64,000 bases of DNA from Podarcis cretensis (GCA_951804945.1 OX638149.1:74276001-74340000); one strand, 5' to 3'; positions 27,401 through 42,400 are shown, counted from the stretch's first letter. Notes: generated by a model from the letters alone, not told the origin. Numbers and translations: made by a program.

Positions 27401-30400
27401 TCAAATTTATATCTGGTCCACATAATTATTCCATACATTTGAGAGCGAGTTGCACTCCTGCACTCTCCATCTAATATCTCACATTCTGAACAGTATTTCT
27501 AAGGCAAAGGAGATTATGAAGATAATAAAAGAATGTAGTAGATTACCATGCTTGTTCCTCCTGTGTGTGCCTCAGCACTTGAAAGCTTTCTGTGAGATAG
27601 AGACCTGCACTTGCCACTTGGATATGACTTCAAGATTTGGTACAGGTGCATCTTTCCTGGAATGGCCATAAAACAGTCAAGAATGGCCAAATCCAGAATT
27701 TTGCCTCCTTCTGCCTCTCCTGTTATTTGCCTAATATTTACTATCAAGTTTTATCAAGTATCATGTTTAATACTGTACCGTCTAATACTGCTGCATCATG
27801 ATTCCATATCTTAGAATTACTAGTTACTACTGTTTGTACCACTGTTTGTTACTACTAGTACTACACCTTGGAATAAAAATGTAAGAAAATAAACAAAATA
27901 GAATAAAATAGTTGCATTTCCCACCTCACAGCAGAAAATGTTCAGATGTAATGTGCACTTGCTGGAGATATACTCTGTGTTTTTTCCCCTGAAGGGCCTC
28001 AAGAGGGAGCTAATTTGCAAGCTTTGATAATTGTTAGTCTCTCCCTAGCTGTTATTACTATATTTGGATTCATTATTGGTGTAAGAAATCAACAACGCAT
28101 CACTTGACACTTTCAGCTTGTACATTTTCTTATATAGCTAAAAGGGTATGACTCTCTTGTACAAAACGAAACTGTCCATGTTTGGCATATTTATGTATTT
28201 TAGATATATTTTTATAGAGTCCAGAACAATCTTTACAGCCAGAGGTAATGGGGGGGGGGGGGCGGATCTAAAAAAGTCAGGTTGAAATTGTTTTAGTTTT
28301 CCATTCCTTTAAGACTTCTTTTGAGTTTTCCTCAGATAATATTGAGATTGTTCTAAACATACGAATGTGTGCAGTAAAACTACAGGGAGGGTCTAAGGTC
28401 TTCTTTTGTTGTGTACCAGACAGGATGGGTGCTAAGTACCAGCTCCACTTCCCTCTGAAGGGGATAGGAAATGCTTAGTTGCCATGAATTTTGATTCAAT
28501 ATTGCTTGAATATACTAGGTTGGATCCAAATACTTCCTTCCGTCCGTCCTTCAGGTTTCCCATTGGAGGAAGACACTTTCTATTAGAGGAAGGGACATTC
28601 GGATCCAATTCATTATTTTGCATATATTAGTGATTTTCAATTACATCCTGCCTTCTGATAGTCTGGCAGCACATTTTTATTGATAAGCTACATGCTTTTT
28701 ACAGAATTCCCTCTACATTTTGATTTATAGTACTTACTGAGCAATCTAAATGCCCTTTACAGCAGGCTGCAGTAGCTTGGAATGAGTGGAGGTGTCCCTC
28801 TGCTCAGCTTTCCCTGCTAAAACAGCCACTGTTGGCCCCCCTTCTCCTCACAGAACATGCAGGCAGGTGGGAAGGCCATTGGTTGCTGCTCCCACCATCA
28901 GGAGTCTGTGGAACACTCTCCTCCCTGAATCTGGGCATGGGGCTGAATCTGGGGTGGGGCTGAGTTGATCTGGTCTATGATGGATCCCAAACCAGTATCA
29001 CTGCCATTATGTTGACAGCACTGGGCCTGATCACAGTGCTAGCCTGGGTCTGCAATAGTACATCAGATTTGGTCCCTTTTTTCATGTAACATCTTTGGGG
29101 ATGTCTGCATAAATTATAGGTGCTCTGAAATAATGGACTAACGTTACTTAGGTCCATTGATTTCAATGGGTCCACTAAGCATATGACTTAATATTGGATA
29201 TCACCCTCTGCATTTTAATTTGATAAAGGTCTGCATGCTGGACTTAAGTTAGCTATTGTCATATGTATCTGGGGTGCTGTGAAATTTTTTCACAGTTAGC
29301 GGGATGGGTGGGACAAATTAGCCCCAGATGATTCATGCTGTCTGAAGCAAATTATCCATGCCCTGTCCTTTTAACTCTTCATCACAAAGATCCTAGGGGC
29401 TCAAATAAAAAGTCCTTTTGGGTACATAAATCTCCAGAGCAAGTCCATTCTCCTTTAGGTCTTCAGGCTCAGGAGAAACAACAGAATGTTACTGCCAAAA
29501 TCCAAACATAGCTCTAAGATATGCACAAGCCCAACCCTTGGCCCCTACTAGCTGTGGGAGGTAGATGACAATCTTTCCACAAGCCCAAGCTTTTCTTAAA
29601 ACCTTTGGTGACCCTCCCTGCCTGCAGGGTCTGACTCTTGCCCTCAAATTGGTTCCATTTTTTGGTACCCAATGCATTTACACACTAGCAGCCCACTATA
29701 ATAATGTTTGTGTTTGGGGTGGAAATGATTGTTTTCAGGGGGTCCCCCCACCTATATGAGCACTGGGCTTTAACATAGGGAAGAAATCTAACGCGGATAC
29801 TTTCCTCCTGACAGAGGGAGAAAAGGTTGAAACAAATCATTTTTGAAGCTGAGCTTGCAAACATTGCACATCTCTAACAGCTTTTACGTGACTCGTAGTT
29901 CTGATGTCATTTGATGGTGGTGTTTTCTTTGCCACTGTACAAACTGACCAATAAACATGTGCGATACAAGCATTTGTGGCATTCAACAGGAAATGTAACC
30001 TTGCCTTCTCTTGACAGTTCTGGGAAAGGGCCCCTACAAGCTGGTCAGCTTCTTGGACAGAGAAATTGCAATTGGAGCCAAGCTGCTGGATGGTTCTGTT
30101 TTTCCAGCAAGAGGAGATGCTATTGCTCCTGGAAATGCAGTACACTTTATGCTGACATCGGGACTGTATAAGCCAAAAGCACATGGTAAACTCATTGTCG
30201 CTGCAAAATATCTAGAAAATTAGCAAAGGCAATACTTATTTCAGATGCATCTTTCTTTCAAGTACAGTGGTACCTCAGGTTACATACGCTTCAGGTTACA
30301 GACTCCGCTAACCTAGAAATAGTGCTTCAGGTTAAGAACTTTGCTTCAGGATGAGAACAGAAATTGTGCTCCGGTGGCACAGTGGCTGCAGGAGGCCCCA

Positions 30401-33400
30401 TTAGCTAAAGTGGTGCTTCAGGTTAAGAACAGTTTCAGGTTAAGAACGGACCTCCGGAACGAATTAAGTGCTTAACCCGAGGTACCACTGTACCAGACAC
30501 AAACAATGGGGAAATGGTATTATTTTCATATCCTTTTTCAGTGTCCCCCCCCCCCCCAGCAAGGCAGTCCTTCCTTAGTAGGCAGCATGGATTCTGGCTG
30601 CATCAGAATGTAGGAAGTTTTGTAGAAGGAGCATTAAACCTCACTCTACATCTATCAGTAGGTTCTCAACAAGAAGGCTGTCTGCCAAAATCTCTATCTA
30701 ATGAGTGGATCTTTACAAGGTGATTGCTGATTTATAAATAGTCCGGCACTTCAGCTTTTCAGATCAACAAATTTGTGGACCCAGCAGTCTTTATCTTCCC
30801 TGTGGCAGGAACAGAGGTAGAAAAGCATGGGAGGAAGTCTGGAAACAGGCAGCCAGCTGTAGAATTAGTGAGGTACAAATGGTTAGGTCAGCTGAGTTCA
30901 CATTATGGTTGGTTGGCAGGTGGTGGGACTGTAGTTAAGTGGGAAACCACAAGTGTAAAGAGGTTTTTAGGATTACTTCCAACACCACCTTTCATTATTT
31001 GAGTTTTTAAAACATGCGTGAGTAAGCAATCAGATAACAGAAAAAAAGTGAGTGATGTGTGAATGATGTGAGAGATGATTTTGGAGTTTCTTGATGGTTG
31101 TTTAGCCAGATATCTACTCCACTTTAGAATTGAATGTGTGGTTTTTTGTACTTTACAAAGATATTTTCTTCAACCATTTTTTATTTTTTATTTTTTTAAA
31201 AAAATAATTTTTGCTTCCTTATTTAGAAATGAGAAAGCAAACAAGCCAATGTGGTCTGTGGAGTAAATGGAACTTTTAAAAAAAATCAAAGTCTAAAACT
31301 GTTATTGAAATAACTAATAGAAGATAGTAGTGTAATAAAGGAAATATTAAAGAAGCATATTGTTAAAAATTGTGTAAATGGCATCCAATTTGGATAAAAC
31401 ATAAGAAAATGAAAGCCATTTGTTTATTTGCCCATTATTATCAATCTGACAAAGTATTGAATCTTCTGAAGCAAAACTCTTATTTTAGTTCCTGCTGAGG
31501 TGAAAGTTCAAAGTGCCAAACTGAAGTGACCCACTGTCCAAAGTTGTGAAGTGGATTGCAAAACATCCCCTTTCCTTCAGTGGACATCTGTATTGCTGGA
31601 TTTTATCGGGAAATCATCTTCATGAAATTAGCATATGGATGTTCACATATGCAGACTTTATTTATATGTTATGGCTTTATGTGGCTGTCCCACAATATCT
31701 TCATGTGGGGCAATTATGCTAGGTGGTCAGAGAAGGGCAGGTATACTCTCACTCCCTTCCATGTGCATTGTCTGAGGTGACTCTTTGAGTTCACCAATGC
31801 TTATTGAAACTTAATGAAATTGTTACAAGAATTAGCTATTGGTAGTTTACACTGGTATTGCTAGTTTTCTCGCTACTGTGTGTATGGAAGAAAATGTCAG
31901 TGCCTTTGGTGCAATTATGATTCACACAATAAATGTTGTCATCTTGGAAAATTAGACAGTATTCCTGAGTAATGAACTGTGCATCACACAACATCTGTTT
32001 AACAGAGATTATTTGTTCTCTCTGCAGGATTTTTAAAGAAACATTATCCAGCCCTGAGGGGGGACAGTTGATTTTACAGTAGTTTTATGGTTATTTTAAG
32101 CAAAATAACACAATGTACAGCAAAATAATATTTGGAACAACAGATGCTCATCTGAGTCTCAGTTCTGTCACCCTTTTTAGTGAGCGTTACTTTACCCTAC
32201 AATTAAATCTGCTCTCAGCGTCTCTGTATTTTGAAGACCCGTTGAAAATTCCAGAGTAAAAATATGGCTAACGCATAGAATTGCCTGTTGCGGTCATGTT
32301 TTCTGGGATAAGGTGGCCAATTGACGAGGGAAAAACTGAAAAACAAGAACCTACAGTACAAATGTTGCTTTCTTGATATTTTTGTGAATAAGGGTTTGGT
32401 GGGAGGTATTTCCTGGGCATTAGGGAGAGCGAGTTTAATGAAAAATATAACTTGTTAAACACCATTTGTCTTATGGAATTAGAATGTTCTCTGAAAAATG
32501 TAGTGTTTCGAAATTCCTCAGTCTATAGTTTCAGAAACTCCTCTGTTTACAACAATAGCCCTATTCTGTCATGTACTTAGCAGGAGTGTGCAGCGGCCAC
32601 AAGATCCGCCTTGTATCCATAGCATTTAGAAGCAGCCTGATCTGTTTTAGATCTGATCTTTGTCATTCTGATTTGACTCATTATTCTGGTCCAAATCTGA
32701 TCTCTTAAACCAGAGGTGTTATTTTTTTCTCTTTTGACTATTATGGGAGATCTAAAAATGGCTATAGCTTTCTCCTTTTCACATAAAAGGATGAATTTGA
32801 AGGCAAAGAAGCCACTCCAGATTTCAGGCTGAGTCATCCTGGGGTTTTCATGCAGAAAACCTTTATTTATTTATTTAATGTCTTTTTTATTTTTTTACTA
32901 TATTTTTTAGATGCAAACTGAAGATATAGCAACCCCCTCCTGAGAGGATGAAGCCCACCAGTTTTCAGAAAGATAGTTGCACCAGTTCTCCCACAAAGGC
33001 AGACTCTGTTATTTTGGACTGGGAAAGTAGAAATCACATTCCTCCCCTAGCTTTTTTTGGGGGGGGGGGGCATATGTAATCGGTTTAGAAATTGGTGACA
33101 CGAGGAAGGTGTCCCCAGGTAAGAAACCTGCAAAAGTTCAGAAAAGTAAGTGTAAGAGCTATCATGATCCACCTATACCCTCGCTTGTTAATGGTGAATG
33201 GTGCTATCCAGCTTAACAGCATGAAAGACTGCCCTAAATCAAGCCAATCTGTTTTGTTATTCACAGTACAGACAGATCTGACACATCCCCACCCCAGTAT
33301 TTAGCCTTGTCCCACAAGTCACATGATTTCCACCACTTTTGCTGTTATCACATGGGCAAATAACTCCCGAAGCAGGTATCTGTTCTGTGTGTAAAGACTC

Positions 33401-36400
33401 CCTGCACAATTTAGTATTCTGAGGTGCAAGGAAACTTGACGTGGGGAAAAGGCTGCCTGCTTCATAAGAAATGCCTCAACACAGTGATTGTAATAATAAA
33501 TAATAATAAATTTTATTTATAGCAGTTGGAAGAACTCTGTGATTTTGAACATCAAACTAAACAGGCACCCCCACAGTCCCTTCTACTAGGCTTGCTCTCT
33601 CTTCAATGCCTAAAGATAGTTTGAGATAGTATAGTTGCTTTGGGCTAAGCTGAGCCTAGCAGAACCTGCCTGTGTTTTTAAAAAGTGTAGAAACAGTCAC
33701 AACAGAGTGTAGTGTGCTGGAGGCAAAACTCAAAAAAAACTCTGCTCAGCTCAGGTAATTATTTTTTGTTATTGCTGTTTGTTTTCCAGATCCAAACCTG
33801 GCTTCATTTGAATCAGCTGACAGACCAAATTATTTTCTTCATTTAGCTTCCAACAATACCTTGGTTCTCGCCAAGTGGGAAAGAAGTGAACATTTTCAAA
33901 ACAGATCGACGTTTGCCATCCACAAAAACACATGGCTTTCAGGATATAGCTCCTTTGAGTCATTTGCAGTGCCAGGAGCCTTCATCCACATTTCTGCTGC
34001 TTCTGTGAATATTGTTAAATATCGCCACTCTGAGGCATTCAGACTTGCTACCCTTTTCAAACTTGTTGGTAAGTACTTGAATATGAATTGTGGTGGCTAC
34101 ATTTTCAAACTTGATTTTGGCATCCCTTGTATGATATCATCTTTTATCATGATAGGAGTTCTCATAAATGACCGATCAATTTAAAACACAACATCCTGGT
34201 GCTGAATTGCTTGTGAGTGTGATATTTCTGTAGTTTAAACTTGTTCCTTTAGTTTTACCAGGTTCAGAATATAACTTCATCCAGCTAGGAATATAATGTT
34301 CAATTTTATTACAAATCAAGCGCCATTCCCTTCCTCTTTTCTTCTCTAGCTTGAAATGTAAAATGAGATCATGTACATGCAGACCAGAAGTTCACAACCA
34401 GCTGTTTTGTAGGCACATGCACTCAAATTCTTTAGTGTTAACCCATTACTCTCACTGAAACTCTTATTTGTTGGTCTGAACTACATAATCAGGTCAGATA
34501 AGCTGCTTTTTGTTTACTGACTATATATTCTCTACTGTATTTGGGTTAGTTCTCTTAATTACCTCTTGAGTATGTGGTCGTTGTCATCTGTCTCAACCTA
34601 AAACCCACTATTTTTCCTGAGTGTGCTGCTTTTGGAAGAATTCTTTTGGCAGTTTAATTTCCAATTGTTAACTGTGCACCATGAAACCCTTGTAATGGCA
34701 AATGTCCAAAATATATACTTTAAATTGGAATAGATTGGTGTTATGGCAACATGATGTCTTCGAGAATCAAAATAATTTTAATTTAGATATGAAAGCTACC
34801 CATTCATACACTGAGCCTGTCCACAGAAATGTGTAGGTGATGGTTGACTTTGTAGGCTAATGTACACTCTGATCAGTCCTTAGAGAATGCACCTTGCAGT
34901 CCTTATCACTGTATTGCTTGTGGCATTTAATGCTGGTGTTATTCATGGGCCTTGAATTCATGAACATTCTGAGGAATTACTCATTGGGGGATTCTATGGT
35001 CATTGGGAGACTTAATACTTAGGAATCATTAAGAGTTTCTTTGTTAGGGAGTCTCCACTGGTCCATTTTGGAATCTCATTGTGGTCCCTCTGGCATTACT
35101 AGTTCAGTCACTTAACCCATTCCTAAAGCATCATCCCTAAAGATCAATATTTGGTAGAGTTTGTCACCACCATCAAGAGCTCCCCCTATGTAGATTACCG
35201 TATTTTTCGCTCTATAACACGCACCCGACCATAACACGCAAGTAATTTTTAGAGGAGGAAAATCCGTAGGCATGCCACCCGTAGGCATTCCCTCCATAAC
35301 ACACACAGACATTTCCCCTTACTTTCTAGGAGGAAAAAAGTGAGTGTTATGGTGCAAAAAATACGGTAACTGGCAAAATAATCTTACCCCCACTCCCTCA
35401 ATGCCATATCCGTGTTTGTGCACTGGATTAAGTGGAGGTGTTCTGCCCAGTTCTGGCTCAGCCAGCCTCCTCCTTGCTGCCAATCTGGAGGTGGAATTGG
35501 GTGCCATCAATATATTGATGATCCCTGCTGCCTACTCCAAAACATTTGGATAGCCTCTTCCAGAGACTTCATGTAGATGTCAAATAGCACTGAGAACAAT
35601 ATGGAATCTTGTGGCACCCTACAAGCCAGTGGCTAAAGAGTTGACCAACTGTCCCATCTGCATCTCATTCTAAAACTTACCTTCAGTGTGGCAACAGAAC
35701 CAAGAAATGACAATGCTGCCTTGTCCCAACTGTGATAGGCAATCTGGAAGATTAATGTGGTTGATAGTATTAAGGGCCACTGAAAGATGTCACATTGCTA
35801 GACTAGGACTCTTACCAAGGCATTATCAGTCCCAAATCTGGGTAGCAAATCTGCCTGAAAGTGGTTCAAAGAATCTATAACATCCAAGACCTCTTGGAGT
35901 TGGGTTGCCAGCATCCATTTAGTTACATTGCCCCGAAAAGGTAGATTAGTCAGTAATTGTCCAAGCAAGAGGGATCCAACAAGGACTTTTAGACTAGGGA
36001 GTGGTCTTACAACTGATAATTTTAGAACTGCAAGGACCTTATTCCCACTTAGCTAGTAACATCTGGAAGCTTTTAACCCAGAAAGGCAAGACTGAAGTAT
36101 GCATAGAATCAGACCTAAACTTGTAAGGATTTTGTCCACATCCTCACACTGCACATGTTGAAAGGTATCCCTCACAATAGGACAGAAGATACTTTCAAGT
36201 ACATCTACAGCTATTACAAATAATCTAGAGTCCAATACTGAACTGTTCAGCATTTATTGAGCTAATTGAATAGGGTATCTGTTCATACTAATACTGTATA
36301 ATTAAAATATTCTTTTCCCTATAAGCAAAGGGTAGAACATGAAATGTTGCAAGAGAGGGGGGGGGGGGCTCTGCTTAGGCTAGTTGTACAGTTACCAGCA

Positions 36401-39400
36401 CATTGATTTTCATGACAGAAAGGGCCAACTGCATGCCATGCAGAATTTCCTGTTATCAAGCCATTGAATTAAAGTGTTAATAGTGGCATTGTGAATCTGC
36501 TTACATTTGAGGGCATGCTAAGATGAGATCCTAATGCAGCTGTTGGCTGGCACACTCCAACTTCACAAAAAAAATGACAGAATTTGTCACTGCCAAATGC
36601 TTGTTGCCTCTTGACAAATTCCTTTAATCATGATGGTGCTGAAGAGTGGAGCAGGATATATGAAGCTATTGCTGTTACCAGGATATAAAGTGCTACAAAC
36701 ATGCACCTTAGTTTGAACACAACAAAAATGTTGTGGCCTTTTTTCTTTAAGAGGGAAAGAAGAGGTTAAGATTTGCAGTAGACTTCCCTAGTGCTGCATT
36801 AGCTGAGAATTGTATATCTTTTTAAAAGTGTGAAGTCCTCGCCTTCCAGTCATGCCAAAGAATCCTATCTATGCCAGTGGAAAACTAAAACAATTTACCT
36901 CAGCAAGTGGGATCATATCAAATGATCATGAGGCATTTCATTAATCACCACATCCGAGGATTTGGGTTTCAGAGTTTTATAAGCAAAGAAACATGGGGCT
37001 TGAATCTTTCTCCAGTGTTCTTTCACAAGGCCCGACTTGCTGATGCAGGATAATTACATGGTCTAAAAATATAGCAGCATTTGTTTAAGTTAATGGAAAA
37101 GTTACACCAGTTCTAGAGGCAGATCTGCAAAGGCAGATTGGGTTTCCTGCTGACTGTCATAAATGCTTTGCATATTAGAGCAGAACTTTTCTAACTGGGA
37201 ACTGCTATTCCTGAATATAAATATTGGGAATAGTATAATTGCTCCTTTAAATCCCCTTGGTCAAAAGTGTCTTCATGAATAGGTTTGATGTTCTCTGAAG
37301 CATATCTAAAATATTTTTAAAGACCAAGAACCCCTAGAGAAACCCATTGTTTAATAAAGGTCATGTGAAGATTCCCAACTTGATAGCAATAAGTGTACCA
37401 CAGATACCAACATGCATATCATAGTGATAGAGCACCTTCAATATAACAGATGCTGATAACAGAATATTGTTGTAGTTCTCTGGAGATGTTTACTGTAATT
37501 ATTTGGATTACTATTTCATCTCCTTAAATCTGTGAATGACTGAAATTATCCTATCCATTTGTTTTGTGCATAATTGACTAAAAAAGAACACACAGGATAT
37601 TCACAGAGGAAAGCTCTTATAATTAAGCATACAGTAAAGAGTCACTGTCACTGCATCCACCTTAGCTTCTAATTTCCTGGCTTTGTGGATCTTGAGCCAA
37701 AATGAGATAGACTTAAGTCTAGCCATAAACTGATGGGTTTTTTTTAAAAAAGCATTGAACTGAGTCTACAAACTACGTGAAAGTTCCATCATTTAAATTT
37801 GGTTGTTGTGTTCCACAAAGCATGTGGCTGGACTGTAACCATTGACAACATGACCCATTTATTTTGCAATAAAGGGCACACAGCAGAAAGCATTAGATTC
37901 TAGGTACTGTGTATTTTAACCTCTATTGATTCCTCTTTTATATTGAGGACCCTTGTATGGAAGCCTTCTACGCACAGAACTATGTTCCCTTGTACAACTC
38001 ACCTTCATTGTATTGAAGTGAATTGTTTTAGATTTATTATCTAGCCAACAACATATTTTTTACCTCAAACTATAGTATATATACTTTTTTTGCTATAGTT
38101 ATTTCTATCCAGAATAAGCAAATTTATGCAGTGATAAAGCTGCAGTTTCAGAGTTGTTTGTCATATCAAGTGCCATGATCATCGTACAGAGCATTGCTCC
38201 CTAATCAAGTAAGGATTGTGCTATTCACTATGTAGAAAACAAATGACTGAACGTTAACACATGGCATTAGGTTTCTTTTCAATTTCATGGCTAGTTTTTT
38301 TTACAGAGAAATGTGTCTGGTCTGGTGCAAAGCCATGACTTGAATGATCAGTAATAGCACATCATTCTTTTGTTGTGAGTTAACTGCAGAGGCATCCAGA
38401 AACAGTACAGCAGTGTAATGTCCAGCTATGAATTAAGTGAATGCACCCAAAACAGAATTAAGAAGAATGGAATGGAAATTGCTAATTAGGGTTGCATGGT
38501 GACACAAATAGCATTTCTCAGCAGAAATCAAATATAGCACAAATATAGGTAGGTTTTGTAAAACCTGACTTATAGCAGCTCTCCAGTATCTTACAAATGT
38601 TTCCGAGCCCTGCTCCCTAAGATCTTTTTTCACAAGAGAATCCAGGAATGGAACTCAGAACTGTATCAGTTGAAATTATGTACATATAAGAAATGAATTC
38701 AAATTGCTGTCATCAATAAGATTATGACAGAGAAAGATTTGTCTGATTTCAGCTGACTTTATAAAATTTTCGTTGTCATTTTCCAGCAAATGCCAGATAC
38801 TCCCTTTCAAAATCCCCCAAATTCATTCCTGCAATTTGTAGTTCACATTGGATTCCAATGCTTCCCAGTCTCAACATGTACCTTAAAATGGAAGCCTCCA
38901 CTGCCACAAAGCCTACCTAATTCCATCCTCCTCCCCTCGTCTCAAGAGGAAGTTTGGAAAAGGGAATGGTGGACTTCAAGTATAATGGGCCTAAATGATC
39001 CCATCCTAAATTATCGTGTATGAATGAATGAGTCATGCTTAGTACAAATGGAGTATAGGCAACTTCACTCATTACTAGCTGGATTGCTTTATTTTTGACA
39101 TTTCCTTGTGTATATGTTTTTTACACAAAGGTACACTCGAAAAATGGTACACTGGCACTCTGAAATGGTACAGTCTAGGAGCTGTGCTACATGATATTTC
39201 TTACTTGTCGGAAAGCTCCCATGAATAAAAATTGTAATGTGAGAAACTGTTCTAAATATGACTTGGAAAGAAATTTATCTCTCACTCTGTGTGTGTGCAT
39301 GTGTGCGTGCAATGCCCTTTCACAACATTGCACTGGGAATTACTTTAAATTTTTTAGAGGTATCAATACCATACTTGGTCCATTTAATGTTGCATTGTGT

Positions 39401-42400
39401 ACAGCCCACACTCTGCCACCCCAAAGCATGCAACCATTTGGAGATAAAACTTCCTAGGAATTAAAATGCTCTACTGCTTGCGAAGAAAGAAAGCACTTTT
39501 GCGGGCACTTGAAACTCAGCCGGGATTGCTGTATACTATAAATATAGTATCAGCAACCTAAGTTGCTGTGTTTGTAATATGAAAACATTCCTTCCAACTG
39601 AGACAAACATAAAGGAACTCAGCACTGGATCACCCAGAGATGTAAGCCTCTTCAGTTAAGTGCAATGTGAAGACATTTAGGGAAACTGCCTCTACCTTAC
39701 GAGATACTGAAAAGTCCATCAATGTTTTCTGTAGTCATTAAAAATTAAGATTTCTTCTTGCTGAAAACATTAGATTTCCCAACATTTGTCTGTTGTATAA
39801 CCTGTATGATCCAATACCTGTGGATCAAAGCACTGTCTACATTAGGCATCACTCATTGTGGAATACATAAAATCAGTTCAATAAGGAGTGATCATTCAAT
39901 GCATAGAGGTCCAAGTAAAACTAGAATATGTGTGTGTATACACATTACATTAAAACTTTTAAATTCTATTTCTAGATACCAAGTTTAAATTTCTAGCTCA
40001 CTCAACATGTGAGTGGCGATATGATGTTTGTGCAAGCCCTTGTTTCAAAACATGCAGAGATCCTTTAGAAGAACGCTGTCAAACTGTTCCAAAGTAAGTA
40101 TCTACATTTTTTTTAATTTTAAAAACATTTTTTCTAATAGTAACTTCAGGTGGCTGAGTGCCTCTCAATTTGGAAATGTAACAGGTCTATCTATAGAGAA
40201 CTGTGCAGTTTCTACATACACAGGAGAATGCAACTTTGTAAATGAAAAGAAAAACAACACATATTCAGCAGCTTGGAACCACCTTTAATTTCCAGATTGT
40301 ATGGAATACTTCTGTCAGTTGAGCCGGGGGGGGGGGGGAGAGAGAGAGAAAGGGCACAAAGCAGAAGTCGGGATAACTTTTTCAGCCCAAGTTGGGGGGG
40401 GGGGCAGACAGCAGTGTGGACAATAGTAGGTGAAGCACAGAAGTAAAAACTTATCAAATATGAAAACATAATAGGGCTCTCAGTCTGAATATCCTGTATG
40501 AAGGAAGATAAGATGCTGATGGCATACTGGTAATTCAGACTAGGAGCCCTGTTGTAATATGGAGTGATACCATTTTCTAATTTAATGTTTGTAATTTTGC
40601 AACTTATCTCCCGCCTGTGCCAAAAACATTTGTCCATCTGACTGAGCTGCCTCTTTCCGTTCCAGCACATATGTCCTTCATTCAATACTTCATAATGCTT
40701 CTTGGCCAAGAGGCCTACCCCAGCTAATGTTTGTTATCCCCTCCCCCATACCCCTGGGTCCCAAATTGCCATACCAGCTCATGGCAACTAAAAATACCTT
40801 GCATTCTCCCTATTTTTCCTCCTAAATAGAACTTCCCCCCACTTATACGGAATAAAATTATACTGTAATGGAGGAAGCAGCTATAGTATTAGAAAAGTAG
40901 GAGTGCCGTCCTGAGCAGTAATTAGACTGGCCAAGCATTCACTGCAAGAGTAAGAGAGATATTTTTCATATGAAAGAGGTAAAGGATACTGGTCATGACA
41001 TTGACTGTATGCATAGTCCCACTTAAAGATGTTATTAATAACTGGCATTGACTTCTGAGATTTAGAATCACACCTTTAATATCTAGTGGCCTGGACAAAA
41101 CTACCTCTCCAATCGCTTCTGTTCTTGCCTCAGCTTTTCCATGCAAGGCAAATTTTTGGAAGGGCTCTGATGAGCCATCAGTGTTGGTATAAACAAACAA
41201 GGAACACAATTTTGTACAAGCATGTAGAGGCTTTCTGCCAGTTCTAAATGGAAGCATTCATCATTGGAGAAGCATATGTTTTTGTTCCAAAGGTTACATC
41301 ACATTGTTCATGAATCAGCAGGTTGACACATTAGGTCAGCCACAGTGTAAGCCTATCACAGAAACTGTGACAACAACCTGACATTTCTGCATCTTAAATG
41401 ATTAAGAAATTAATAATGTAATTCACAAGCATTTAAAATAGCTTGACTGAAGTGCAGACTAAGACAAGTATGCCTGTTCAGGTGTTTTGTCAATTGGGCT
41501 CCTAAGGATTTAAGTGCAAGTATTCCTGTTCAGGTGTTTTGTCAATTGGGCTCCTAAGGATATTATTTAATCCCTCTCATTCATCTCCACATGCTGTTAT
41601 GTGAATAGTTACATCATCATTATCATCATTATTATTTTCTCTTTTAGAGTGGAAGGATGTGTTCCTATGTGTCCTTCACATATGGTTCTGGATGAAGTCA
41701 CTCAAAGATGTGTCTATTTTGAAGACTGTACGTAGAACACATTTTATATTACGTTTAGAGAAAATTCAAAATATAGTGCTACGATTCCTTTCAGTATCTT
41801 GTGTAGGGTTCAGGATCTTGATCATGGCCCTAATAACACCCCCTTCCTACTTCTTCCTAACCATTGCAACTCCCCTGCTAGTTTAGTTCCATTCTGCTTT
41901 TGTAGTCCATCAGCCACAGCTAGCTTTCTAAGGGATCTAGGGGGAAAATGCATGTCAATCCCCATAATACACCATACTTAAAATCTTCTATTCCTTGAAG
42001 AAGCTCAGGATAGCATACAAAGAGTTATCCCATTTTCCCAATAAACAATCCTGTCAAGTAGGATAGGCTGAAAAATGTTACCTAGTAACTTCATGGCTGA
42101 GCAGGGATGGAACTGGATCCAAGTCCAACATGCTATCCACTATATGACTTCCATTAGTTTTCTTCTGACTGGAGTAGACATATATGGAAATATGTGTTAC
42201 TCCGGAAAAGGAACTGCCTGGGAATAAGAACATATATTCTGAAGGTTACCTTACTTGGTATACGCAAAAAGTTGTTGTTTTTATCCAAAGCCTTCACAAA
42301 ATACATAGGCAGTCATAGAAATCATTACATTTACATTTTTGTGATGTCAAATTAGGTTTTGAAACATTAAAATTGAACCAAGTTTTTCCCATTTTAAAAC

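Noticed and set aside
32010-32100. Strong acceptor-like ttctctctgcag as an extra OTOG exon
   Set aside because: The phase-1 frame hits a stop within ~24 codons, there is no good donor, and exons w21-w22 already join seamlessly.
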